From: Candidatus Latescibacterota bacterium
Lineage (GTDB): Bacteria > Latescibacterota > UBA2968 > UBA8231
Direction: 5' to 3'
DNA: 64,000 bases
Assembly (NCBI GenBank): GCA_965203175.1
Contig: OZ241867.1
Span: 3,680,001-3,744,000, forward strand
Shown here: positions 9,307 through 17,335 of the stretch, piece after piece
Layout of the letters: every line of letters begins with the position of its first letter
Numbering within the stretch: the first letter of the stretch is position 1
Made by a program: the position numbers and the translations under genes
Notes under the pieces: model-generated
What the model was told of the DNA's origin: nothing
What the model saw: only the letters and a program-made list of their open reading frames with translations
Databases searched by the model: none

Positions 9307-9675
9307 ATGTTGGCCAGAATACTAGGTGTGCTATTGATAATTGGGGGCGTTGCTTGGGGGATCGAACTGATTTGGCCCTTGTTCGGCGGCCTCTTTGGTT
9401 TGCTCGGCGCGGTCGCGGTCGTCCTCTTGGCCGCCGGGGCGCTCTACATAGGTCTGCGCTTGTTGCGCGGCGAGAGCATCTTGGGTCGGGTCGTCGGGGC
9501 CTTGATCCTGCTCGCTGGGATCTGGCTGGCCTTTTGGGCGGCGTTTAGCTTGGTGGCCGGTGTCTTTGGGGCTGCGTTTTTGCTGTTGCAAGCCGCCTTG
9601 GTGCTGGCGCTGCTCTACGTGGGTTGGCGGTGGCTGGACAACGGCGAGTTTAGCCTGCGGAGATGGAGAATTTGA
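9307..9675 (+). CDS. Small multi-TM membrane protein with internal duplication (LiaI-like PspA anchor candidate)
   Basis: AAGGAGG RBS. Very hydrophobic 122 aa made of two ~57-aa halves (LARILGVLLIIGG...LYIGLRLLRGE and LGRVVGALILLAG...LYVGWRWLDNGE). Confidence 0.75.
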   Translation: MLARILGVLLIIGGVAWGIELIWPLFGGLFGLLGAVAVVLLAAGALYIGLRLLRGESILGRVVGALILLAGIWLAFWAAFSLVAGVFGAAFLLLQAALVLALLYVGWRWLDNGEFSLRRWRI

Positions 9676-9709
9676 GGGCGAAAAAAACGCGTTGCAAGGA
9701 TTAAATTGC

Positions 9710-9762
9710 TTGACAACTGCACTTGTGTTCAGTATATTTTAATTACTGAACACAAGTGCAGT
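9710..9762 (+). promoter_or_regulatory. Sigma70-type promoter overlapped by a perfect 19-bp inverted repeat
   Basis: TTGACA 9710-9715, 17-bp spacer, TATATT 9733-9738. Arms ACTGCACTTGTGTTCAGTA (9716-9734) and TACTGAACACAAGTGCAGT (9744-9762), 9-nt AT spacer. Confidence 0.8.
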
Positions 9763-9827
9763 AAAGCGATTTCCCAAGTCCTTTCTGGCGCACTCCCGAG
9801 CGCCAGTACTCCCTTAGGAGGTTTTCA

Positions 9828-10121
9828 ATGCACAGGCAGCGCGCATTCCCCATGTCCCCATCGATATCCCGTCTGGGCGGCGAGCTCAGTGCGGTCATCA
9901 ATCGGGTGCGGAGCGCTTTCGGCCCCATTCCCATGCACGGCTCGGCCGCCCGTCCCCAAGTCCAGCGGGCCGAGCAAGTCGTCGACCAAACTGCCCGTCA
10001 GCTTCTGCGCGGCGAGGCGGATTTGAGCGCGTGGTATCGGGTGCTGCGTCAGTACGAAGATGCTTGGATGCTAGAGTTGGAAAGGATTCGCGGTACTCGG
10101 ACCGAGCGCTGTGCGGCTTAG
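9828..10121 (+). CDS. Hypothetical small helical protein (97 aa)
   Basis: AGGAGG RBS just upstream of ATG 9828, near-consensus promoter upstream, stop overlaps the stop of the convergent BMC-P gene. Confidence 0.65.
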   Translation: MHRQRAFPMSPSISRLGGELSAVINRVRSAFGPIPMHGSAARPQVQRAEQVVDQTARQLLRGEADLSAWYRVLRQYEDAWMLELERIRGTRTERCAA

Positions 10122-10381
10122 TCGAGGCGTATCTCGTCCACCTTGCCGACGATAGCTGCATCCACAGGCAGGGGAGGGGTGAAGGCGTTGCAGGCTTCGC
10201 GCGCGACCTCGACGATCACCGCGTCTCCCTCACGCAGGGCTGCCCACGTCGCGCAGACCTCGGCCTCGCCCATAGGCTCTAGACGCTCGTCGATGTCTTG
10301 GGTCAGGTGCAATATCTGGCCGTGGAACGGCTCAATGCACTGCGAGAGCACTACGGTGCCCACCACCTTGGCTAGCTTCAC
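10118..10381 (-). CDS. EutN/CcmL family microcompartment vertex (BMC-P) protein, divergent copy
   Basis: MKLAKVVGTVV...REGDAVIV...PVDAAIVGKVD. GTG start overlaps the previous stop (GTGA). Confidence 0.85.
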   Translation of the reverse strand: MKLAKVVGTVVLSQCIEPFHGQILHLTQDIDERLEPMGEAEVCATWAALREGDAVIVEVAREACNAFTPPLPVDAAIVGKVDEIRLD

Positions 10382-10641
10382 TCGGCGACCTCCTCTTCGT
10401 CGATAATGCCCACGATCACGCTCCTGCATGGCGGGCGCTCAGCCCCGGTCACCTCGGTCCCGGCAGCTCCTGACTGCACGACTAGCACTTTGTTGCCGAC
10501 CCCCGCCTGAACCCCATCCACCGCCACCTGCAAAGCGCCACTCTCCTCGTCTTCAGGGCGCACTACCATGATCTTCTGCCCGGCGAGCAAGGGATGTTTG
10601 CTGCTGGCGACTACGTGGCCAATGACGCGGCAAACCCTCAT
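10378..10641 (-). CDS. EutN/CcmL family microcompartment vertex (BMC-P) protein
   Basis: MRVCRVIGHVVASSKHPLLAGQK...VAVDGVQAGVGNKVLV...IVGIID. ATGA overlap. Confidence 0.9.
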   Translation of the reverse strand: MRVCRVIGHVVASSKHPLLAGQKIMVVRPEDEESGALQVAVDGVQAGVGNKVLVVQSGAAGTEVTGAERPPCRSVIVGIIDEEEVAE

Positions 10642-10940
10642 GCGACTTGCTTTTCTAGGGGGCGTCCAAATGCCTGTAGCGAATCTACGATGCCGATGAT
10701 CAGCGCATCTACTGGCATCTGATCCATGCCCGGTGCCTGCCGCGCCGAGCTGCCCTGTACGACGACGACGAGTTCGCCCTCGCCCGCTTGCACGCCGTCA
10801 ATGCAGACGATGTGCTTTTGCGTGCGCTGCAAGCCTTCGGGCGTGGCGGCGAGGATCTCGACTATTAAGAGTTTCTCGCCCTCAAGGGCATCTACCTTGG
10901 CGCTGGAGACTACATGACCTTTGACGAGGCCGAGTATCAC
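10638..10940 (-). CDS. EutN/CcmL family microcompartment vertex (BMC-P) protein
   Basis: MILGLVKGHVVSSAK...IDGVQAGEGELVVVVQGSSAR...PVDALIIGIVD. GTGA overlap with the ispH stop. Confidence 0.92.
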   Translation of the reverse strand: MILGLVKGHVVSSAKVDALEGEKLLIVEILAATPEGLQRTQKHIVCIDGVQAGEGELVVVVQGSSARQAPGMDQMPVDALIIGIVDSLQAFGRPLEKQVA

Positions 10941-12193
10941 GGGCTTTCCTCAAAGAGTTGCAAGCTGGCGGTGTCGATTGCTTGCGCGTCGTACCCGTAT
11001 AAGCCAACGACCTTATCTAGCACTTGGTCCATGAGGACATCCGGGCAGGATGCACCCGAGGTTATGATCAGTCGCACGGGCAGGGGACGCGGTAGCCAGC
11101 CTTCGCTCTCGATTATTTTCTTAGAGTGGACGTCGAAATGGCGGATGCGCTGGTCCGATAGGATCTCGTCGCTGTTGGCGATGAGGAAGCTCGGCATGGA
11201 TTGGAGACACAGCTCGACTAAATGCGAGGTGTTCGAGCTGTTGTAGCCGCCAACGATCAGCGCCAAATCGGCACCGGAGCTTAGCAGCGTGCGCGTGGCG
11301 TTTTGGTTTTGGTGGGTGGCATAGCACAAGGTGTCGTTGGTGTCGGCGCAGTGGTAGTCGAGGTTTTCCTCGCCATAGCGCTGGCGCATGGCGCGGCGCA
11401 AAATGGCGGCCACTTCCTGCGTTTCCTCGGCGAGCATGGTCGTCTGGTTGACCACGGCCACTCGCTCTAGGTCCTTTTGCGGGTCGAAATCCTCTGAACC
11501 TTTACCGGCAAAGGCGCGCTCAAAGTCGGCAAGCGGCAGCGCACCCGTGATGTACGCGGCTACCTTCTCGGCTTCGGCGGCGTCGAGCACCACTAGGGTT
11601 TTGGTGTGTTCTTCGGTGTGCGAATGAGTCGCTTGGGTTTCCTCGTGGTTGTACTTGCCGTGGATGATGATGGTATAGCCTTGGCGGCCTAGCTCCTCGC
11701 CGCGCTTCCACACCTTGGATACAAAGGGGCAAGTGGTATCGTAGTTTTCCCGGTATTCCTCAGACTCGATGTCGATGCCGCTTTGGCGGAGCGAGTCCTC
11801 GATCTGCATAGTGGTGCCAAAGGCCGGGATGAGCGCGAGGTCGTCGCTGCTCAGTTCTTCCTCGGAGACTTGGCGGTCGCCCTCGGAGTCGTAGATGAAG
11901 CGGACGCCTTGCTTTTTGAGGTCGTTGTTGACTAAGGGGTTGTGGATGATCTCGTTGACGAGGTACGCGTTGCGATCCGGGTTTTCCTTGACGGCTGAAA
12001 AGGCCATGTGAATGGCCCGTTCTACCCCAAAGCAAAAGCCAAAGTGCCGGGGGATTAAGACCTGTAGCTGACCGATTTGCAAGAGCGTCGGGCACAGCGA
12101 GCGCTTGCCGTTTTCTAGGCGGTAGTCCTTGACGCGCTGGATGGTGGGGCCGGCGTAGTGATTGGGAACCTGGTCGAATTGCTGATACGCCAT
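10937..12193 (-). CDS. ispH: 4-hydroxy-3-methylbut-2-enyl diphosphate reductase
   Basis: FGFCFGVERA, EIIHNP, DTTCPFV, HEET, NQTTM, DTLCYAT, GGYNSSNT, GASCP: the three Fe-S Cys and the active-site motifs. Confidence 0.95.
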   Translation of the reverse strand: MAYQQFDQVPNHYAGPTIQRVKDYRLENGKRSLCPTLLQIGQLQVLIPRHFGFCFGVERAIHMAFSAVKENPDRNAYLVNEIIHNPLVNNDLKKQGVRFIYDSEGDRQVSEEELSSDDLALIPAFGTTMQIEDSLRQSGIDIESEEYRENYDTTCPFVSKVWKRGEELGRQGYTIIIHGKYNHEETQATHSHTEEHTKTLVVLDAAEAEKVAAYITGALPLADFERAFAGKGSEDFDPQKDLERVAVVNQTTMLAEETQEVAAILRRAMRQRYGEENLDYHCADTNDTLCYATHQNQNATRTLLSSGADLALIVGGYNSSNTSHLVELCLQSMPSFLIANSDEILSDQRIRHFDVHSKKIIESEGWLPRPLPVRLIITSGASCPDVLMDQVLDKVVGLYGYDAQAIDTASLQLFEESP

Positions 12194-12326
12194 GCGAACT
12201 CCTTGTGGAATTTCTATGGAAGTACATAGTACAGCATCAGGTTAAGCTGTCAATAGTGCGCCCTGCTCGGGGCCGGGCGATTGGTTATATTGCTCGGTGT
12301 CGGATTTATCTATACAGGAGCAACCA

Positions 12327-13406
12327 ATGAAATTCGTCATTCGCGCCGGAGGGGTCGGCACGCGACTGTGGCCTTATAGCCGAGCGCGCAAGCCCAAGCA
12401 ATTCCACTGCATGGCCGGCGAGCAGACTATGCTGCAAGACGCGGTCGCCCGCATTGGCGCAATTGCCGCGCCAGCCGATGTGTACATATCGACCGGACAC
12501 CCATTGCGGTCGCTGGTGAGCGAGCAGGTGCCGACGCTGCCGCCCGAGCAGCTAATCGTCGAGCCGGCGCTGCGCAATACTGGACCGGCCATCGGCTTGG
12601 AGTGCGCGCTGTTAGAAGCCCGCCATCCAGGCTGCACGGTCGCCAGTTTGGGATCGGATCACTACATAGGTCGGCCCGAGGAGTTCTGCCGCTTGTTGCA
12701 GGTCGCCGACCAAGCCCTAAATAAATGGCCCGACTACTTGTTTACGCTTGGGGTCAAGCCGACGCGCGCTGAGACTGGTTATGGCTATATTCGCCGCGGC
12801 CCTGTGCTAGCAGAGGTGGACGGAACGCCCGTGTACGAAGTCGCCGAGTTTACTGAAAAGCCCGCCGCACAACAGGCGGCCGAGTACGCGGCTAGCGGCC
12901 ACTATTTGTGGAACAGCAACATGTTTGTCTGGAAGGCGGCGACCGTGCTGGAGCTTTTTGCCCGCTTTGAGCCGGAAATGCACGACGGATTGCAGCGCAT
13001 CCAAGCCGCCGTTGGCACGCCGGAAGAGGAAGCGGTCATCGCCCGCGAGTATCCAAAACTCAAACCGATCTCCATCGACCACGCCTTGGTCGAGCGCACC
13101 TCCAAGGTCGCCACGCTAGAGGCCGATATCGACTGGGGCGACATCGGCTCTTGGGCGGCGCTGACGGATGTGTTGCCGACGGATGCGGCGGGCAATTTGC
13201 TATCGGGCGAGGTGGTGGCGTTGGACGCGGCCCGTTCGACGGTGTACGGGCAGGCCGACAAGGTCGTGCTGCTGCTGGGGGTGGAGGACTTGGTGGTGGT
13301 GGATACCGAAGACGCGCTGCTGGTGTGTGCGAAGGGGGCGGCTCAGCAGGTGAAAGACGCGGTGGATCTGCTAAAAGAAAAGCAGGGGTACGAGAAATAT
13401 CTCTAG
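12327..13406 (+). CDS. manC: Mannose-1-phosphate guanylyltransferase
   Basis: AGGVGTRLWPYSR..PKQF, EPALRNTGPA, SDH, ETGYGYI, FTEKP, WNSNMF, SIDHA, WGDIGSW. Confidence 0.9.
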   Translation: MKFVIRAGGVGTRLWPYSRARKPKQFHCMAGEQTMLQDAVARIGAIAAPADVYISTGHPLRSLVSEQVPTLPPEQLIVEPALRNTGPAIGLECALLEARHPGCTVASLGSDHYIGRPEEFCRLLQVADQALNKWPDYLFTLGVKPTRAETGYGYIRRGPVLAEVDGTPVYEVAEFTEKPAAQQAAEYAASGHYLWNSNMFVWKAATVLELFARFEPEMHDGLQRIQAAVGTPEEEAVIAREYPKLKPISIDHALVERTSKVATLEADIDWGDIGSWAALTDVLPTDAAGNLLSGEVVALDAARSTVYGQADKVVLLLGVEDLVVVDTEDALLVCAKGAAQQVKDAVDLLKEKQGYEKYL

Positions 13407-13408
13407 GT

Positions 13409-14167
13409 TCACTCTACGTCGAGGATGTAGCGCGCTAGCGGCGAGAGCCGTTGGGCGGTTGCGGGCCGCAAGTACTCGCGCTGGTTGGTCTGCTGTGGGT
13501 GCTCGCGGGCGATAAAGGCGCAGTGCAGGGTGCGGCGGGGGGCGTTACTGTCGTTGCGATACGAGCTGTGCCAGAGGCTGCCGTTGAACACGGCGACCGA
13601 GCCGGCGCGGCCCGTTAACTGCACTTGCTCGGGGTGATCGGCCAAGGGATCGGCCACGTGGTCGGCGACCCTGCCGGGTTTGCGGTGACTGGCGGGGACG
13701 CAGCGGGTCGCGCCGTTGACTTGGGTGAAATCGTCGAGCATCCACATGGAGTTGACGACGTGGTACGGCCCGCCGGGCACAGTGTGTTGACCCCAATCCG
13801 CATGTAGGGCTTGTAAACCGTTGCCGGGCAGTGGATCGTGCCCATTGAGCGAGTGCAGCTTAAACGGCCGCTGCAAGACGTGGAAGACTGCCGTCAGCAG
13901 CGTCGGTTGTAGGTACACGGCGTCGAAGACCGTTCCTTTGTTGACCAAATCGGCGAGGCGGCGCACGCCTTCAACTTGGGAGACCTCAGCGCCGGCTTTG
14001 TCGCCTTCGCGGGCAAAGGTCGCGTCAAAAGCACGGCGCAACTCGGCCAGCCAGTCGGGGGCGATGACCTCTTCCAATATGACGAAGCCGTTGGTGTCCA
14101 GCGCGCTGCATTGCGCGGGCGTCAGCGGCTGGGGGACGAACCCTCGTTGCAACAGTTCGCTGTCCAA
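13409..14167 (-). CDS. Phytanoyl-CoA dioxygenase (PhyH) family Fe(II)/2-oxoglutarate dioxygenase
   Basis: HxD motif LHADW, LDDFTQVNGATRCVPASH, distal His LWH and Arg (PRR). Probable TTG start at 14167 after GAAGGA. Confidence 0.88.
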   Translation of the reverse strand: MDSELLQRGFVPQPLTPAQCSALDTNGFVILEEVIAPDWLAELRRAFDATFAREGDKAGAEVSQVEGVRRLADLVNKGTVFDAVYLQPTLLTAVFHVLQRPFKLHSLNGHDPLPGNGLQALHADWGQHTVPGGPYHVVNSMWMLDDFTQVNGATRCVPASHRKPGRVADHVADPLADHPEQVQLTGRAGSVAVFNGSLWHSSYRNDSNAPRRTLHCAFIAREHPQQTNQREYLRPATAQRLSPLARYILDVE

Positions 14168-14184
14168 AGCGGATGTTCCTTCGC

Positions 14185-15348
14185 TTAGCTTCCGGCTTGT
14201 TGCGCGAATTCGCAGATGGTGGTCACGCCGCGGCGGATGTGTTCTTCGGAGGCGGCGATGGAGATGCGCACGTGGTCGCGGCACATCTGGCCGAAGGTGC
14301 TGCCCGGGGCCACGGCCACGCGCTTTTCTTTGAGCAGTCGGATGGCGAATTCGCCGGAGTCCATGCCAGCCGCGGAGATGTCGATCATCAGGTAGATCGC
14401 GCCGCCTGGGGTGTAGCGGTACAAGTTGTATTCTCGCAGGACATCAAGGGCAATGTCGCGGCGGCGCGCATAGGCGCGGCACATGGCGGCTACGTCGTCT
14501 TGCGGGCCATCGAGCGCGTCGGCTGACGCGAGTTGGGAAAATCCCGTGCCACACGAGATAAACGGCTCTTGGAGCTTGGTAGCTAGTTCGATGTACTCGG
14601 GATTGGCACGGGTGAAGCCGACTCGGTAGCCGGTCATGGCATAGCTTTTGGACATGCCGGAGACGATGATGGCGCGTCCGTCCGCATCGTGCGGCAGCGC
14701 GCTCTGATGCGGTTGATCGAAGACGATCTGGCCGTAGATCTCGTCGGACAGCACCCACAAATCATGGCGCTGGGCCAAGTCCATGAGTTGGCGCATCAGG
14801 GCCTCGTCGTACACTTGGCCGGTGGGGTTAGAGGGCGTGCAGAGGAGGAGGAGCTTGGTGCGGGGGCTGACTAGGCGGTCGATTTCGTCGAGGTCGGGCA
14901 GAAAGTGGTTTTTCGCCCGCAGATTGTAAAAGACGGGTTGTCCGTGGACGATGGAGACGGCCATCTCGTAGTTGGGCCAGCCTGGGTCGGGTAACAGGAC
15001 CTCGTCGCCCGGTTCGAGCAGGGCAAGGAAAGTGGTCGCCACGCTCATGACGGCTCCAGGGGTGACGAGGATGTTTTCGCTGGTGGTGGACACGCCGGTG
15101 CGGCGCTCAAAGTAGCGGGCTGCGGCCGCGCGCAACGCATCGACTCCGGCGTTGGGGACGTACTTGGTGTGGCCGGCGCGCGCGTAGCGGCAGGTGGCTT
15201 CGACAATGGACTCTGGGGTGGCAAAATCGGGTTGCCCGACTTCGAGGTGGATGACCTCGCCCGTCTTTTCGACGGCCCAAGCCAAATCCATGATCTCGCG
15301 GATGCCCGAGCGGGGAATAGACGCGGGGATGCGGGCAAAAGGCTTCAT
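14185..15348 (-). CDS. PLP-dependent class I/II aminotransferase (aspartate aminotransferase-like)
   Basis: LEVGQPDF, PSNPTG, SDEIY, SKSYAMTGYRVG (PLP lysine), VAVAPGSTFG, VRIS. ATG overlaps the upstream stop. Confidence 0.92.
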   Translation of the reverse strand: MKPFARIPASIPRSGIREIMDLAWAVEKTGEVIHLEVGQPDFATPESIVEATCRYARAGHTKYVPNAGVDALRAAAARYFERRTGVSTTSENILVTPGAVMSVATTFLALLEPGDEVLLPDPGWPNYEMAVSIVHGQPVFYNLRAKNHFLPDLDEIDRLVSPRTKLLLLCTPSNPTGQVYDEALMRQLMDLAQRHDLWVLSDEIYGQIVFDQPHQSALPHDADGRAIIVSGMSKSYAMTGYRVGFTRANPEYIELATKLQEPFISCGTGFSQLASADALDGPQDDVAAMCRAYARRRDIALDVLREYNLYRYTPGGAIYLMIDISAAGMDSGEFAIRLLKEKRVAVAPGSTFGQMCRDHVRISIAASEEHIRRGVTTICEFAQQAGS

Positions 15349-16142
15349 CGGAGATGAATGCCCGGGCCGGTCGCGCCGATCATCTGCACGGTGTTGTAGA
15401 TGGAGACCGGTGTCGAGGCCCCGGTGACTCCGGTGATTCCCTCGCTGCGCGCAACCTTGAGGTCGAGGCCCGGGCCTTGGGCGTGGATTTCGACGATGGC
15501 TTCGCTCCACTCCGGGCTTACCAGCAGCAGCGAGTGCGTGCGGTCAAAGCCGATGCCGGCGTAGGCGATGGCCGCGTGGGTATTGACGTTGCGCGGGAAG
15601 AGTGGACAGATGCCGCGCGTCGGGCCGTCGTAGAGAACCGTTTCTTCTTTGATGTCGTCGGGATCGAGGCCGGCGGCCGCGCAATCGACGTTGTGCGGGG
15701 GCTTTTTCATCACCACATCGACGGACTCCCACACGTCGCGGTTTTCCAACAGCGCGTCCATGCCGACTACGCCTCCGTGCGGGACGAAGGCGCGGGTGCC
15801 AGCGCGGCGGGTCGTCTCCTCAATGGTGGTTTCGACGGCTCGGTCGGCGAGGGCGGTCACTGAGATGAACATGTAGTTGGTTTTTTCGAGAATCGTCTGG
15901 CCCCATTGGCGGGTGACGTCTGGATGGGCCATCTCGACGACGAGGTCGGGCTGCCGCGATTCAAAGTCGCTCAAGTCCGCTAGGCAGAGGTCGGCGGGGA
16001 GGTTTTGGACGGCCGCGGCCATTTGATCGTGGACGAAGACGACCTCCATGCCGTTGTCTGCGTCAGCGTCTATCATCTTGTGGACGACTTGGCCGATCTG
16101 GCCGTAGCCGATTAGGCCGATGCGGGTCGATTGTTGGCGCAT
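15345..16142 (-). CDS. Aspartate dehydrogenase (NadX/DUF108)-like NAD-dependent oxidoreductase
   Basis: Rossmann GLIGYGQIG, DLVVEMAHP, PHGGVVGMD, KKPP, FPRNVN. C-terminal motifs are divergent. Confidence 0.8.
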   Translation of the reverse strand: MRQQSTRIGLIGYGQIGQVVHKMIDADADNGMEVVFVHDQMAAAVQNLPADLCLADLSDFESRQPDLVVEMAHPDVTRQWGQTILEKTNYMFISVTALADRAVETTIEETTRRAGTRAFVPHGGVVGMDALLENRDVWESVDVVMKKPPHNVDCAAAGLDPDDIKEETVLYDGPTRGICPLFPRNVNTHAAIAYAGIGFDRTHSLLLVSPEWSEAIVEIHAQGPGLDLKVARSEGITGVTGASTPVSIYNTVQMIGATGPGIHLR

Positions 16143-16295
16143 GATTTGGCTCCTCAAAACGGGGTGAAAGCAGAAGTAGCGAATATATGCACTGGCCGGG
16201 GATATGGCGAACAAAGGGCGCGTTTTGGCTGGCAGGAAAGGTACCCGCCGCCATTGTTGAGAAGCGCAGCGTAGCGACGGCGGACAAGCGGCCTC

Positions 16296-17312
16296 TCAAT
16301 CCAGCCAATCGACGACCATCCCGACGATATTCCCATCCCGCTCTCGCTTAATGCGCTCGAACATCGCCGGCATCTCGGCGCACCCTATTCGATGGGTAAT
16401 GCAGTGTTCCCATTTGAGCACTCCCATCGCCATGTTCTTGATTACAGCGCGGCGGCAGGGCTGCCAGCCGTCATCGCAGGGAAAGAACATCTGTAGCCGC
16501 TTGCCGTGTGGCGTAGGAAAGTCCAAGGCGATCGGATCGTCCCCGTAGTGGCCCTGCCAGACGAAAGAGCCAAACCGCCGACAGAGGGCAATCGCCGGAT
16601 CGATGCACTGCGGGTGTCCGGTACACTCGAATACTACATCGGCACCTTCGGGCGCGAGCTCTCCTACTACAGCGGCCACGTCCTGCTTTTTGCCGTTGAT
16701 TGCACAATCCGCTCCCAGCGCCTTGGCGACTGCCAGCGGTTTTTCATCAATGTCCACTGCCACCACCACGCACCCCCGCTGTGCACAAGCTGCCACCACC
16801 CCTAAGCCAATCATCCCCACCCCGTGCACCACCACCGTATCTCCCATCCGCGGATTGGCCATATCGACGCCGTAGAGCCCCACGGCCGGCATCACAAACA
16901 AACTCGCCACATCCATCCCCGCTCCGGGCACCATCTTGGCCACGCCATGCGTGGTATTGGGCCGAGTTACGATGCGGCTGCAATGCCCCCCGGAAACGCA
17001 CCCAACTTCCGTCCCGTCGGCCAGTCGCATCGCGTCATTGCCGCGAAAATACACTTCGTCGCCGACCGCAAAATTGTCGATATCGGCCCCGACAGCTTCT
17101 ATGGTGCCCGTGCCCTGATAGCCGGTGCACAACGGAAAGGGGTTGCGGTTCATTTTGCTGATCTTGCCGCTGATCAGTCCGAACTCGGTGCCGATACTGA
17201 CCCCGGTGAAATGGGTGCGGATCGCGACTTGGTCGGGGGCGGGATCGTTCAGTACGACCTTAGTCAGCGCGAAATTTTGCTGCTCGTCGCAGATGAGCGC
17301 TTTGGCATCCAT
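16296..17312 (-). CDS. Medium-chain (Zn-binding) alcohol/sugar dehydrogenase
   Basis: VSIGTE, PLCTGYQGTG, GDEV, Rossmann VHGVGMIG, DVVFECTG, ITHR. Confidence 0.85.
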   Translation of the reverse strand: MDAKALICDEQQNFALTKVVLNDPAPDQVAIRTHFTGVSIGTEFGLISGKISKMNRNPFPLCTGYQGTGTIEAVGADIDNFAVGDEVYFRGNDAMRLADGTEVGCVSGGHCSRIVTRPNTTHGVAKMVPGAGMDVASLFVMPAVGLYGVDMANPRMGDTVVVHGVGMIGLGVVAACAQRGCVVVAVDIDEKPLAVAKALGADCAINGKKQDVAAVVGELAPEGADVVFECTGHPQCIDPAIALCRRFGSFVWQGHYGDDPIALDFPTPHGKRLQMFFPCDDGWQPCRRAVIKNMAMGVLKWEHCITHRIGCAEMPAMFERIKRERDGNIVGMVVDWLD

Positions 17313-17335
17313 GAAAATCCTTTCGGGTGGTTAAT

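Noticed and set aside
9716-9762. Inverted repeat read as a simple rho-independent terminator of the pspA operon
   Set aside because: No U-tract follows on the plus strand and it coincides exactly with a promoter. Termination is not excluded, but it is not the preferred reading.
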